This document shows, one piece after another, positions 28,065-37,735 of a stretch of DNA of 64,000 bases. Origin of the DNA: Parcubacteria group bacterium (lineage in GTDB: Bacteria; Patescibacteriota; Minisyncoccia; UBA6257; Colwellbacteraceae); NCBI GenBank assembly GCA_041649415.1, contig JBAZND010000001.1:167128-231127 (forward strand). Direction: 5' to 3'. A program made the translations under genes and the position numbers. The notes under the pieces were generated by a model that did no database searches, had not been told where the DNA came from, and saw only the letters and a list, made by a program, of their open reading frames with translations. Every line of letters begins with the position of its first letter. Within the stretch, counting starts at the first letter, position 1.

Positions 28065-28538
28065 CTACTGAACGGTAATCTCTTGAATTACCCTTTCTGT
28101 AGGCGACGGATTATACAGTCTAAAAACGAAAACCTTGGCGTAATAGTTGGCATCTATAATCACGCCCGGCTTATCTTTTATCAAATTCCCATTTGAGAAC
28201 TTGATATGCACTTCGCCCGTAGGCTTCGTGCTGAAGAATGTCCCGTCAATGACAATCCACTGCGGTGTCCAGCTAAGCGGTTCTATTGGTATTTTCACCG
28301 TCTGCCCGGAGCCGATATGAAGATCCTGCTTCGTGATTTCTTCCTCAAGCCCGACGAAGTTCTTTGCATCGGCAGAAATTCTTCGCAGAGCGGGGGAAAG
28401 TTTACCGTATCCGGCAATGGTCAGGATAACGCCGAGAATCAGGAGAATGACGGCAAGAATAACGCCGGCCGTATTAATGTGTTTTGCGAGTCTTTCGGCT
28501 CTGTCCGGCGACTTTGTCTCATTAGCCATTGTTCGCAC
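28065..28538 (-). CDS. Hypothetical single-pass membrane protein with beta-rich C-terminal domain
   Basis: TM helix GVILAVILLILGVILTIAGY. It overlaps the stop of the upstream SPFH-like gene by 17 nt, so the two are likely co-transcribed. Confidence 0.55.
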   Translation of the reverse strand: MRTMANETKSPDRAERLAKHINTAGVILAVILLILGVILTIAGYGKLSPALRRISADAKNFVGLEEEITKQDLHIGSGQTVKIPIEPLSWTPQWIVIDGTFFSTKPTGEVHIKFSNGNLIKDKPGVIIDANYYAKVFVFRLYNPSPTERVIQEITVQ

Positions 28539-29661
28539 CTCCCTTCATAAGCGCAGCGAGTATTTTTTCTGCGGCAGCGAGCACATTCGGCGCAAACGTA
28601 ACCTGATGTTCTTGCACTGTTTTTGGTATCTTACCAAGATGGGCATAAACGCACTGGATAGCCTCTCCGTTAGACATTCCAATTTCTTTGGCCAGCGTCT
28701 TAGCCATGTCTATGATGTGCGTCTGTTCCTCCACCTCGGCACGGGTCTCTTGAGCTTCTTTAGCTGCCTGATCGGCTTTCTGCGCCGTTTCGCCTACTAC
28801 CTTAATGTCGGACAAATTCAGGCGCTGGATGATAATGCCGAGAGAGGGGAGAACATACTGTCCGCTTCCACTGCGAAGATTGGCGATAACCTGTCTTCTT
28901 TCTTGAAGAGCTTCCTCTATCTTTTCCTTTTTTTCGGGGTCAAGTTCCTGGAAATATTTATTGAGTCTTTCCCAGTTTTCACCCCAGCGTCCAATTTCCA
29001 CACCGCTTGGTATGCCCTGCGGATCTGCCAAGTATTTCAGAAGGGTCGCTGTCGGAACATCCGAAGGAATTGTCTGTAAAGTCTCACCTAAAATGGATTT
29101 TGTAATGACAGCGAGCGCTTCACCATTGGCCTTTATGGCCTCGTCCCAAGTGGCAGGACCCTCATCTCCGGATATTGCCCAAGTCCTCAATCGTTCCCTA
29201 ATTATATCCTGTAAAATAGACTTGATCTTGTCTCCCCTGCCCGCGTTAAGATAGGATATGATGTGTTTCACGGCGGGAATGAAAGTGAGCGAAGCTTGTA
29301 TTTCTACCTCCGCTTTATCAGGAGTGCGGACCGTCATTGGCGGCAGATCAAAATTTATTTTACTGACTTCTATCAGTATCACGTCGAACAGAAACTTGAT
29401 CTTGTAAAAAGGTAGAAATCTGATTCCTTCTTCCAATGTCGCGCCAGTTCTATCCCCGAGAAAGACTATCGCCCCAGCATGAGGCGGGTCGGCTGGAATT
29501 TCCGTGAAGCTGATACAGAGAAACTTTGTCGTGAGGAAAATCGCTGCTGCTAGCCCAAAGTAAATTGCCGGTTGCCCAATCCAGTAACCGAGGATGATTG
29601 TGATAATCACCGTGACGGCGACTATGAGCACAACGACTGAAATGGTAATAGCGCCTCTCAT
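28522..29661 (-). CDS. Divergent SPFH/band-7-like membrane protein
   Basis: Two N-terminal TM helices, then an SPFH-like segment (HAGAIVFLGDR..LEEGIRFLPFY...VRTPDKAEVEIQASLTFIP), and a C-terminal coiled region rich in A/E/Q/K. Assignment is by pattern only. Confidence 0.45.
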   Translation of the reverse strand: MRGAITISVVVLIVAVTVIITIILGYWIGQPAIYFGLAAAIFLTTKFLCISFTEIPADPPHAGAIVFLGDRTGATLEEGIRFLPFYKIKFLFDVILIEVSKINFDLPPMTVRTPDKAEVEIQASLTFIPAVKHIISYLNAGRGDKIKSILQDIIRERLRTWAISGDEGPATWDEAIKANGEALAVITKSILGETLQTIPSDVPTATLLKYLADPQGIPSGVEIGRWGENWERLNKYFQELDPEKKEKIEEALQERRQVIANLRSGSGQYVLPSLGIIIQRLNLSDIKVVGETAQKADQAAKEAQETRAEVEEQTHIIDMAKTLAKEIGMSNGEAIQCVYAHLGKIPKTVQEHQVTFAPNVLAAAEKILAALMKGGANNG

Positions 29662-29767
29662 TTTTCACCAGTCCTTTCAATTCTTGCTTATAAAAATTTT
29701 CAATTTTTCAAAGTTCACCATATCACAAAAATAAGAATTTGTCAATTCTCTGGCTTGTTTAATTTTG

Positions 29768-29848
29768 TGCTCCCGGGAGGATTTGAACCTCCAATCCTTT
29801 CGGAACATGGTCCTAAGCCATGCGCGTCTGCCGTTCCGCCACGGGAGC
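29768..29848 (-). tRNA. tRNA-Leu (anticodon UAG), type II with long variable arm
   Basis: GCTCCCG/CGGGAGC acceptor, anticodon stem CATGG/CCATG with loop CTTAGGA, variable arm TTCCGAAAGGAT, T arm GGAGG-TTCAAAT-CCTCC. Confidence 0.9.
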
Positions 29849-29913
29849 GATTATCCGAATTATGAGCTAATCAGTGCTATGCAAGCAACATCCATTGACA
29901 ATTACATTATTAT

Positions 29914-30306
29914 ATGTCACAACGAAACCAGATTCTTAATTTGATTTCCACGTGGCGAAGGGAGGCATTTCCTATGTCTAGCAATAAAACCACCGCATTC
30001 CAGTATGCGTTCTATGGAATGTCACTCGTGCAATTGTTTGATTCCCTTAGGTATCAGCGTAGCGTTATCCTTGTGCTTGTTCCGAATGGAGAACAAAAGT
30101 CTCCTCTTCTCGCGAAGCTAGGAGTCGGTATGTCTCTCCAGGGAACTACGGTCGAGTGGATTCACACAATGATACGTGATACCCACAACACCTGGGACTG
30201 GATGTTTGGGTTGTATGACCCAAACGCCATCTTCGGTGTCCACCGTCTTTGGGGATATCTCGACGGTTCTACGGCAAGAGGAGTGCTCATGCCAAGTGAA
30301 AACTAA
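29914..30306 (+). CDS. Hypothetical Trp-rich protein (130 aa)
   Basis: ORF with its own terminator, lying between tRNA-Leu and the recombinase gene. By eye it looks more GC-rich than its neighbours. No family recognised. Confidence 0.45.
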   Translation: MSQRNQILNLISTWRREAFPMSSNKTTAFQYAFYGMSLVQLFDSLRYQRSVILVLVPNGEQKSPLLAKLGVGMSLQGTTVEWIHTMIRDTHNTWDWMFGLYDPNAIFGVHRLWGYLDGSTARGVLMPSEN

Positions 30307-30317
30307 ACCCCAATTAA

Positions 30318-30347
30318 ACGCTTGTCCTAAACGGACAGCGTTTTTTT
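30318..30347 (+). terminator. Intrinsic terminator
   Basis: ACGCT(T)GTCC-taaac-GGACAGCGT followed by TTTTTTT. Confidence 0.75.
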
Positions 30348-31239
30348 ATTTTCTTCTTCTTCCGTGAAATGACTTATGAATGTCTTTAAGTTCTCTATTC
30401 GTGAGATGCGTATAAATTTGCGTCGTTTGAATGTTTGAATGTCCGAGCATCTCTTGCACTGAACGCAAATCCGCTCCGTTCATTAGCAAATCAGTCGCAA
30501 ATAAATGTCTTAAAGTGTGCGGGTGAACACCTTTTGGAATACCCGCTTCTCTTGCATAGCGGTCTATTATCCGTTCTACCGTTCGTGGTGTCATTCGCCC
30601 TATCGGTCTAGTCAGCTTGGAATGCGTAAATGTTATGAAAAGCGCCTCTTCCGCGTCGCTTCGTTTATCCAAATACGCCTTTATTGCCCTCTTCGCTCTC
30701 TCCGATAAAAATACAACACGCACTTTTCCGCCCTTGCCTTTAATGGATATTTCTCCGCGATCTGTATTTATAAATCTATTCAAAGCGCAAAGTTCCGAAA
30801 CGCGGAGCCCGGTTGAAAAAAGCGTTTCCAGTATCGCGCGATCGCGAAGCGCTTTTACCGAATTTTCTTTTGGTGTATCAAGGAGTCTCTCCAGATCTTC
30901 ATATTCAATTATCTCTATCTGTCGTTTGGGCATTTGCGGCAACTCTATTTTCTCCGGTATCAGGGCGGGAATGTCTCTCTTGACGAGATACTTCAAAAAA
31001 TTTCTGATGGCGATAGCGTAATATCCTTGCGTGTTTTTCTTTAGCGCGCCGTTTTCCGCCAAATGCACGCGAAAGGCGCGGATTTTTTCGTTTGTTATGT
31101 CTTTTGGATTCTCTATTTTTCCAAACTCCACGAATTTTCGGAGAGCCCGTTCATAAACTGCTTTCGTTCGTGGCGAACGGTTTTTTTCTATTTGAAGATA
31201 ATCAAAGTAGTCTTTAAGGAGTTTCTCTATAGCGGTCAT
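30346..31239 (-). CDS. Tyrosine recombinase, XerC/XerD family
   Basis: N-terminal SAM-like domain (YLQIEKNRSPRTKAVYERALRKF). Catalytic region is HTLRHLFATDLL...GHSNIQTTQIYTH. Confidence 0.85.
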   Translation of the reverse strand: MTAIEKLLKDYFDYLQIEKNRSPRTKAVYERALRKFVEFGKIENPKDITNEKIRAFRVHLAENGALKKNTQGYYAIAIRNFLKYLVKRDIPALIPEKIELPQMPKRQIEIIEYEDLERLLDTPKENSVKALRDRAILETLFSTGLRVSELCALNRFINTDRGEISIKGKGGKVRVVFLSERAKRAIKAYLDKRSDAEEALFITFTHSKLTRPIGRMTPRTVERIIDRYAREAGIPKGVHPHTLRHLFATDLLMNGADLRSVQEMLGHSNIQTTQIYTHLTNRELKDIHKSFHGRRRK

Positions 31240-31340
31240 CAGCTCTCATTTTATCACGAAAGAGCCTCACCTCGGCGGATGGAACTATCTCGGCAAAGCC
31301 GGGTTGAAAAGCGCTTATTTCCGGAGTATTATTACTCAAA

Positions 31341-31616
31341 ATGCTTACCAAAAGAGTAAAAGCGAACATTGTTAAGGAAACACAACTTCACGATACGGAC
31401 ACCGGTTCGGCAAACGTTCAAATTGGCGTCTTAAACAGGCGTATCTCAGAGCTTGCCGACCACCTCAAAAAGAATCCGAAAGACATCCACTCGCGAAGAG
31501 GGCTATTAAAGATGGTCAGTAAACGCCGCAAATTGGAGAAATACCTTGGCAACGAGGCAGAAAAGAAAGCCGCAAGAAAAGCGGAAAAGAAATCTTCCAA
31601 AAAGAAATCCGCCTAA
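31341..31616 (+). CDS. rpsO: 30S ribosomal protein S15 with Lys-rich C-terminal tail
   Basis: TGSANVQIGVLNRRISELADHLKKNPKDIHSRRGLLKMVSKRRKL is the S15 signature. A tail of about 20 aa follows (AEKKAARKAEKKSSKKKSA). Confidence 0.9.
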   Translation: MLTKRVKANIVKETQLHDTDTGSANVQIGVLNRRISELADHLKKNPKDIHSRRGLLKMVSKRRKLEKYLGNEAEKKAARKAEKKSSKKKSA

Positions 31617-32192
31617 ATGGCAAGTCTAATTAATACGGAGCAGAGAGTAGGAATATTTCTGGATATCCAAAATCTCTACCATTCGGCCAAAAACCTGCAC
31701 GGCAGTAGGGTCAATTACAAGGAACTTATTAAATATGCCGCCGCCGGACGACATGTCGTGCGAACGATTGCCTACGTTGTTTCAAGCGACCCGCAGACGG
31801 GTGAAGAAGCGTTTTTCGGCGCGCTTGAAAAAGAGGGGATAGAGCTTCGGATGAAAGATCTCCAAATTTATTCAAGTGGAGCGAAAAAAGCGGATTGGGA
31901 CGTCGGTATGGCGGTTGACGCCATCCGACTTGCGCCGAGTTTAGACGTCGTCGTGCTCGCCACGGGTGACGGAGACTTTATTCCGCTTGTTGAATATCTT
32001 AAAATCGGCATGGGAAAAATCGTTGAAGTCGTCGCTTTTGGCCGGACAACCTCCAGTAAAATGAAGGAAGAAGTAGATCGTTTCATAGACGTGGATGATA
32101 TTCCAAAAGCGGTTTTTAAATCGGAACGTAGTAGACGATCAGTTTCGGCAAGTCTTCGACGAGACGGAACCTCAAGAGCAATCAAAAAATAA
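31617..32192 (+). CDS. NYN/LabA-like domain protein (predicted RNase fold)
   Basis: RVGIFLDIQNLYHSA...DVGMAVDAI...VVLATGDGDFIPLVEYL matches the NYN (LabA/DUF88) pattern. Its ATG abuts the rpsO stop codon. Confidence 0.75.
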   Translation: MASLINTEQRVGIFLDIQNLYHSAKNLHGSRVNYKELIKYAAAGRHVVRTIAYVVSSDPQTGEEAFFGALEKEGIELRMKDLQIYSSGAKKADWDVGMAVDAIRLAPSLDVVVLATGDGDFIPLVEYLKIGMGKIVEVVAFGRTTSSKMKEEVDRFIDVDDIPKAVFKSERSRRSVSASLRRDGTSRAIKK

Positions 32193-32204
32193 AAGTAAAC
32201 GAAT

Positions 32205-34304
32205 ATGGATTTAAACCGAAAAGTTTTTGAAACTGAAGTTGCTGGTCGCCCCCTGAAACTGGAGATTTCTCGTTTGGCTGAACAAGCGAATGCCGCCGTG
32301 CTTGCAACTTACGGCGAAACCGCCGTTTTTGCGACCGTCGTAATGGATAAAGAAGACAAAGAAGGCGATTTTATGCCGCTTGTCGTTGATTACGAGGAAA
32401 AATATTACGCCATCGGAAAAATTTTAGGCAGTCAATACGTCCGCCGCGAAGGAAGACCTTCGCAGGACGCCATTCTCTCGGGCCGGTTAATAGACAGAGC
32501 AATTCGCCCTCTTTTTGATAATCGCATCAGACGCCCCATTCAAGTTACGGCAACGGTTCTCTCTTATGACGAAGAGAATGACCCCGATTTCGTCGCTCTT
32601 GCCGCCGTTTCTACTGCGCTCGGCATTTCGGACATTCCATGGAACGGTCCCATTGCCGGCGTCTCGGTTGCTAAGTTCGGCGAGACTCTTTCCATAAATC
32701 CGACAGAGAACGAACTTCGCGAAAAAGAAAGCGATAAAAAGTTTTTAAGCTTTATTGCGGGTCTTGGAAATCAGGTGAATATGATTGAGTTTGAAGGCTA
32801 TGAAGCAGATGAAAAAGAAATCATTGATGCTTACACCGAAGCAATGAAAGAGATTGAAAAGCTTCTCTCGTTTGAAAAGAAAATAATTTCAGAAATCGGA
32901 AAAGTTAAAGCCGATGTGGCGCTTTCGGAGCCAGCGGAAGAACTAAAATCAGCTGTTTCCGAATTTCTTTCCGGTCGTCTTGAAAAAGCCTTGTTTAAAA
33001 AGGATAAAACCGAGCGCGAAAACGCGATTTCTGCGCTGAAGAAAGAGCTCAAGGCCGATATTTTGGAAAAAGGCTTTACGGGAGAAAACTTTCCCGCCGT
33101 AGAAGGGCTTTTTGACATTCACATTGACGAGATAGTTCACAAAGAAACTCTAGAAAATAATCGCCGCGTGGACGGCAGGGCTCTTGACGAGCTCCGCGAA
33201 CTTTACGCCGAGGTGGCGCTTTTGCCTCGGACGCACGGCTCGTCCGTTTTTATCCGTGGAAACACCCAATCGCTTGCGACAGTTACGCTTGCCGCTCCGG
33301 GCGCCGAGAAAGTGATTGAGACTATAGAACATATTGGCAAACAGCGCTTTATGCTCCATTACAATTTCCCGGGCTATTCGGTGGGAGAGGCGAAGTCATA
33401 CAGAGGTCCTGGCAGACGAGATATCGGGCACGGCGCGCTCGCCGAAAAAGCGATAAAAAGTGTGATCCCCACGATTGACGAATTTCCATACACCATTCGT
33501 GTCGTATCCGAAATTCTTTCTTCAAACGGTTCTTCTTCAATGGCGACAGTATGTTCCGGAATAATGGCCTTAATGGATGCGGGCGTTCCCATTAAAAAAC
33601 CGGTTGCGGGTATCGCGATGGGGCTTATGTCTTCGGATGGCGAGTATAAAATCCTAACCGACATTCAAGGTCCCGAAGATCATCACGGCGATATGGACTT
33701 TAAAGTCGCAGGAACGAAAAACGGCGTTAACGCCATTCAGATGGATGTTAAAATTTCAGGCGTTCCGCTTAACGTTTTACTCGACGGCTTAAATCAGGCT
33801 AAAAAAGCGCGATTAGAAATTCTTTCGGTTATGGAACATGCGATCGCCTCGTCTCGCCCCGAAATCTCCAAGTATGCTCCGCACGTTATGGTTATTGAGA
33901 TTGACCCCGACCGCATCGGTGAAGTCATCGGTCCGGGCGGGAAAGTCATCAACGGGATTATTGCAAGGACGGGCGTTACCATTGATATAGATGAATCTGG
34001 AAAAGTTTTTGTTGCCGCAAGAGATAAATCCGCTCTTGAAGCGGGCGTCAAAGAAGTAAAGTCAATTTTACGAGAATTCAAAGTGGGGGAGATTATAGAG
34101 GGGACAGTTGTCCGTATTCTAGATTTTGGCGCCATAGTGGACTTAGGCGGCGGGCGAGACGGAATGGTTCACGTTTCCGAGCTTAAAGACGGCTTTGTGA
34201 AAAACGTAACCGATGTTGTGAATCTGGGCGATTTTGTTCGCGCGAAAATCATCAAAGTGGAAGAGGGTAAAATCGGTTTGTCCATAAAGCAACTCAAAGA
34301 ATAA
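32205..34304 (+). CDS. pnp: Polyribonucleotide nucleotidyltransferase (PNPase)
   Basis: Two RNase PH domains, a KH domain (IGEVIGPGGKVINGI) and a C-terminal S1 domain. 699 aa. Confidence 0.95.
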   Translation: MDLNRKVFETEVAGRPLKLEISRLAEQANAAVLATYGETAVFATVVMDKEDKEGDFMPLVVDYEEKYYAIGKILGSQYVRREGRPSQDAILSGRLIDRAIRPLFDNRIRRPIQVTATVLSYDEENDPDFVALAAVSTALGISDIPWNGPIAGVSVAKFGETLSINPTENELREKESDKKFLSFIAGLGNQVNMIEFEGYEADEKEIIDAYTEAMKEIEKLLSFEKKIISEIGKVKADVALSEPAEELKSAVSEFLSGRLEKALFKKDKTERENAISALKKELKADILEKGFTGENFPAVEGLFDIHIDEIVHKETLENNRRVDGRALDELRELYAEVALLPRTHGSSVFIRGNTQSLATVTLAAPGAEKVIETIEHIGKQRFMLHYNFPGYSVGEAKSYRGPGRRDIGHGALAEKAIKSVIPTIDEFPYTIRVVSEILSSNGSSSMATVCSGIMALMDAGVPIKKPVAGIAMGLMSSDGEYKILTDIQGPEDHHGDMDFKVAGTKNGVNAIQMDVKISGVPLNVLLDGLNQAKKARLEILSVMEHAIASSRPEISKYAPHVMVIEIDPDRIGEVIGPGGKVINGIIARTGVTIDIDESGKVFVAARDKSALEAGVKEVKSILREFKVGEIIEGTVVRILDFGAIVDLGGGRDGMVHVSELKDGFVKNVTDVVNLGDFVRAKIIKVEEGKIGLSIKQLKE

Positions 34305-34425
34305 ATTTAAAAAGGCAACGGTTTTGGATTTTAAATAGTAACCTACGCTTCAAGTTTGGAGGTTTTGCGTTAAATTAAAGTTGTTCACACTTATTTAATT
34401 CACCTATTCTGCTATTATTAGACAT

Positions 34426-35727
34426 ATGAACGGACAAACAAACGAAAATCAACCTGTGCGTCCGGATTTCAGCGGTTCCACTCTTCCTCCTATTGGCGGT
34501 TCTGTCCCGTCAACAGGCGGACCAGCCCCGCTTAACACCGGAGGTGCTGGATTTGGCAATCAGCCTGTTTCCTCGGAATGGTCTCCAAACACTGTTCCCA
34601 CGCCGGGCCCCATAGGAGGAGCTCCGTCAGCGGTTCCCATCTCGCCTTCAGGCGGATCTATGTCATCTATTCCGGCGGGCGTCAGTGGAAATCCTGTTGT
34701 TTCTCCTCCTCCAACCCCAATAACCGCCGCTCCGAACGTAAATATGACTGCTCGCCCCGTTCCTCCTATTACTACTCCTACTCCTGCCGCTTCTGTTCCT
34801 CCTCCGAGTGCTTCTGCGTACGAAGTAAGGACTCTCAACTCCGACGCGCAAGGAATGAGAGCTTCTGGCGGAATGGAAGCCGCGCCGAGAACATTTACTC
34901 CTGCGCCAATGAGTGGAGAAGCATTCTTCAATCCGGCCGCTCCTGCCACTCCTGCGAAAAAGAAAGAAGGGAGCAAGGCTATACTCATAATAGGTATCGT
35001 AATAATCGTGGCCGGACTTGGAGTCTTAGGCTATATATTCGGTAAACCTCTCTTTACCACTCCTATTCAAACTCCGGAATCTCTCCCGCCGGCGATTCCT
35101 CCTGAAGAGACAATTCCTGAAGAATTGCCGCCCGAAGAAACGCCTGCCGTCCATTCTTCCTATTTCACCGCTGCCTCCGCCGATATGACCGAAGAATACT
35201 CCGTAGAGAGCGTGACTTTAGAATCTCTTAAAGCGCTCTTTCCTCTTCCTAAAGATGCCACAGCTAGCGACAACGCGATTAGAGAACTCGTCATAAGCTC
35301 GGCGGGAATTCCCATTACTTTTTCCGAATTTCTTTCCGTAATGCTCCCTGACCTTAATGCTCCCGGAATAGCCGCCACTTTTGAGGATGACTTTACTTTG
35401 TTTGTTTATGAAGACGGCACAAATAACTTGTCCGGCTTTATCGCGAAAGTAAAAACGGACGTAGCCCCCGAAACGCTTGCTTCGGTTTCCTCCGCGCTTG
35501 AGGCTTCGCCGAATCTCGCAAATTTTTACCTTACTGATCCAGGGACAAAATCCGCTTTCAGAGACGGCACAGTCACTGGCGGCAAACCGGTAAGATACGC
35601 TCCGTTTTCAACAGCCGGCTATGCGTGGAACTACGGCTGGTTTAAAGATGCCTCGGATTCCAGCTATCTCGTTGTTGCTTCCTCCTACAAAGGCATTACC
35701 GAAGCGGTTGCTCGAGCGGGATTCTAA
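34426..35727 (+). CDS. Hypothetical protein: Pro/Ser/Gly-rich disordered N-terminus, one TM helix, C-terminal globular domain
   Basis: About 180 aa of low-complexity P/S/G/A/T, then a TM helix AILIIGIVIIVAGLGVLGYIF, then a domain of about 200 aa. Confidence 0.6.
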   Translation: MNGQTNENQPVRPDFSGSTLPPIGGSVPSTGGPAPLNTGGAGFGNQPVSSEWSPNTVPTPGPIGGAPSAVPISPSGGSMSSIPAGVSGNPVVSPPPTPITAAPNVNMTARPVPPITTPTPAASVPPPSASAYEVRTLNSDAQGMRASGGMEAAPRTFTPAPMSGEAFFNPAAPATPAKKKEGSKAILIIGIVIIVAGLGVLGYIFGKPLFTTPIQTPESLPPAIPPEETIPEELPPEETPAVHSSYFTAASADMTEEYSVESVTLESLKALFPLPKDATASDNAIRELVISSAGIPITFSEFLSVMLPDLNAPGIAATFEDDFTLFVYEDGTNNLSGFIAKVKTDVAPETLASVSSALEASPNLANFYLTDPGTKSAFRDGTVTGGKPVRYAPFSTAGYAWNYGWFKDASDSSYLVVASSYKGITEAVARAGF

Positions 35728-35773
35728 ATAGTTGACTGGTCGGCGTTTAGGTGATACGCTGAAACGACGAATG

Positions 35774-35801
35774 AAAGCCCCGCCAGTTTGAGCGGGGCTT
35801 T
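35774..35801 (+). terminator. Hairpin terminator (short T tract)
   Basis: AAAGCCCCGC-cagtttga-GCGGGGCTTT. Confidence 0.55.
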
Positions 35802-35816
35802 CAAAAGAAAAACGAA

Positions 35817-37070
35817 ATGGATTTAAAACAAATTGTCACAATAATAAATCAAATCGCGAAAGAGCGGGGCATTGACCCTTCGCGCGTTTTGGAGGGAGTT
35901 GAAGATTCCATGGCAACCGCCTATCGCAAAGAATACGGCGAAAAAGGGGAAGTCATAAAGGCTAAAATCAACTCCGATACGGGAGAAGTTAAGTTCTGGC
36001 AGGAAAAAGAAGTCGTTGACGATACAACCGTTCGCATAGTGGAAGAAGGGGAATCTGAAGAGGAGGCTCAAGTCTCTGCCGAGCAACTTGGAGAAGAGGC
36101 GGAAGATAAACTTCCTCGCTACAACTCCGAACGTCATATGTTTTTAGACGAGGCAAAAAAAATAAAATCGGACGCCATAGTTGGCGACAAGCTTGAATTC
36201 CCGCTTGAGCCCAAACTGGATTTTGGACGCATCGCCGCGCAATCGGCGAAGCAGGTAATTCTTCAAAAATTCCGTGAAGCGGAAAAAGAAGCCGTATTCG
36301 GCGAATTCAAAGACAAAGAGGGAAAAATCGTTTCGGGACTGATTCATCGGTTTGACCACGGCAACGTTCATGTGGACCTCGGCCGCATATCGGGAATAAT
36401 GTTTTCAAACGAGACTATCCCGGGGGAACGTTACAGTGTGAATAGCCGAATGCGTTTTTATGTTTTGGCCATTCAAGAAAACAGACGCGGACAACCGGAA
36501 ATAGTCCTGTCGCGTTCGCACCCTCGTTTTATTGCGAAGCTTTTTGAGCTTGAAGTTCCGGAAATTGCCGACGGCACGGTTCAAATAAAAGGCATCGCTC
36601 GTGAAGCGGGCAGCCGAACCAAAATGGCGGTCGCAACTGACGTTCAGGGCGTAGACCCGATTGGCTCATGTGTTGGTCAGCGTGGCACGCGCGTTATGGC
36701 GGTTACCAATGAGTTAGGCAACGAAAAAATAGATATTGTTGAATGGTCCGAAAATCCGGAAGAATATATTTCGGCCACCTTATCCCCCGCAAAAGTTAAG
36801 GAAGTGCAAATTTTTGAGAAGCACGAAGCGAGGGTTATTGTCCCCGAAGACCAATTAAGCTTGGCCATAGGCAAAGGCGGCCAGAATGTGCGCCTCGCGG
36901 CAAAACTTACCGGCTGGAAAATTGATGTTCGCTCCGAAATGAATCCAAACGAGGTGCAAGAAGGAGGTATCGCCGAATCAAAAGATGAAAACACCGGAAC
37001 CACCGAAGCGGAAGCCATTTCCGAAACTCCCGAAGAGGGGGTGCTTATTCCTAAACCTGAAGCCGAATAA
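35817..37070 (+). CDS. nusA: Transcription termination/antitermination factor NusA
   Basis: N-terminal domain, S1 and two KH domains (PIGSCVGQRGTRV, LAIGKGGQNVRLAAKLTGW). Acidic C-terminal tail. Confidence 0.9.
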   Translation: MDLKQIVTIINQIAKERGIDPSRVLEGVEDSMATAYRKEYGEKGEVIKAKINSDTGEVKFWQEKEVVDDTTVRIVEEGESEEEAQVSAEQLGEEAEDKLPRYNSERHMFLDEAKKIKSDAIVGDKLEFPLEPKLDFGRIAAQSAKQVILQKFREAEKEAVFGEFKDKEGKIVSGLIHRFDHGNVHVDLGRISGIMFSNETIPGERYSVNSRMRFYVLAIQENRRGQPEIVLSRSHPRFIAKLFELEVPEIADGTVQIKGIAREAGSRTKMAVATDVQGVDPIGSCVGQRGTRVMAVTNELGNEKIDIVEWSENPEEYISATLSPAKVKEVQIFEKHEARVIVPEDQLSLAIGKGGQNVRLAAKLTGWKIDVRSEMNPNEVQEGGIAESKDENTGTTEAEAISETPEEGVLIPKPEAE

Positions 37071-37132
37071 CAATCTAAGGCCAAAATCCATCGGGAGTGG
37101 ACTACGTCAAATTATGCGTTAAGCTTATTACC

Positions 37133-37735
37133 ATGAATTCCATCAAAAACGATTACTTAATCCCCACCGTCATTGAAAAATCTCCTCACGGAGAACGCGC
37201 CTACGATATTTATTCTCGTCTCTTAAAAGACCGCATAATCTTTTTGGGCGGTCCGGTGGACGATAATGTAGCAAACATTATCATTGCCCAAATGCTTTTT
37301 CTCACAAGCGAAGATCAAAAAAAGCCGATTAAGCTCTACATCAATTCTCCCGGCGGTGTTGTTACGGCCGGCATGGCGATATACGACACAATGCAGTTTG
37401 TTAAACCTCCTGTTGAAACGGTTTGTATCGGTATGGCTGCCTCAATTGCCGCGTTTCTTTTGGCCGCTGGCGAAAAAGGAAAACGCATCGCTCTCCCGAA
37501 TTCCGAAGTCCTTATCCATCAAGTAATGGGCGGGGCGGAAGGCCAGGCAAGCGACATTGAGATCGCCGCGAAGCAAATTTTGAAAACTAAAACTAAAATC
37601 AACCAACTTCTCGCCAAAATGACGGGTCAACCTCTCGCGAAGATTGAGCATGATTCCGACAGGGACTACTGGCTCTCGGCCGAAGAAGCCAGGGAATACG
37701 GCATCATTGATGAAGTCGTCAAAAAATCCAAATAG
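37133..37735 (+). CDS. clpP: ATP-dependent Clp protease proteolytic subunit
   Basis: [37 protein letters not shown] and [14 protein letters not shown] (catalytic Ser). Start taken at MNSIKN. Confidence 0.95.
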   Translation: MNSIKNDYLIPTVIEKSPHGERAYDIYSRLLKDRIIFLGGPVDDNVANIIIAQMLFLTSEDQKKPIKLYINSPGGVVTAGMAIYDTMQFVKPPVETVCIGMAASIAAFLLAAGEKGKRIALPNSEVLIHQVMGGAEGQASDIEIAAKQILKTKTKINQLLAKMTGQPLAKIEHDSDRDYWLSAEEAREYGIIDEVVKKSK

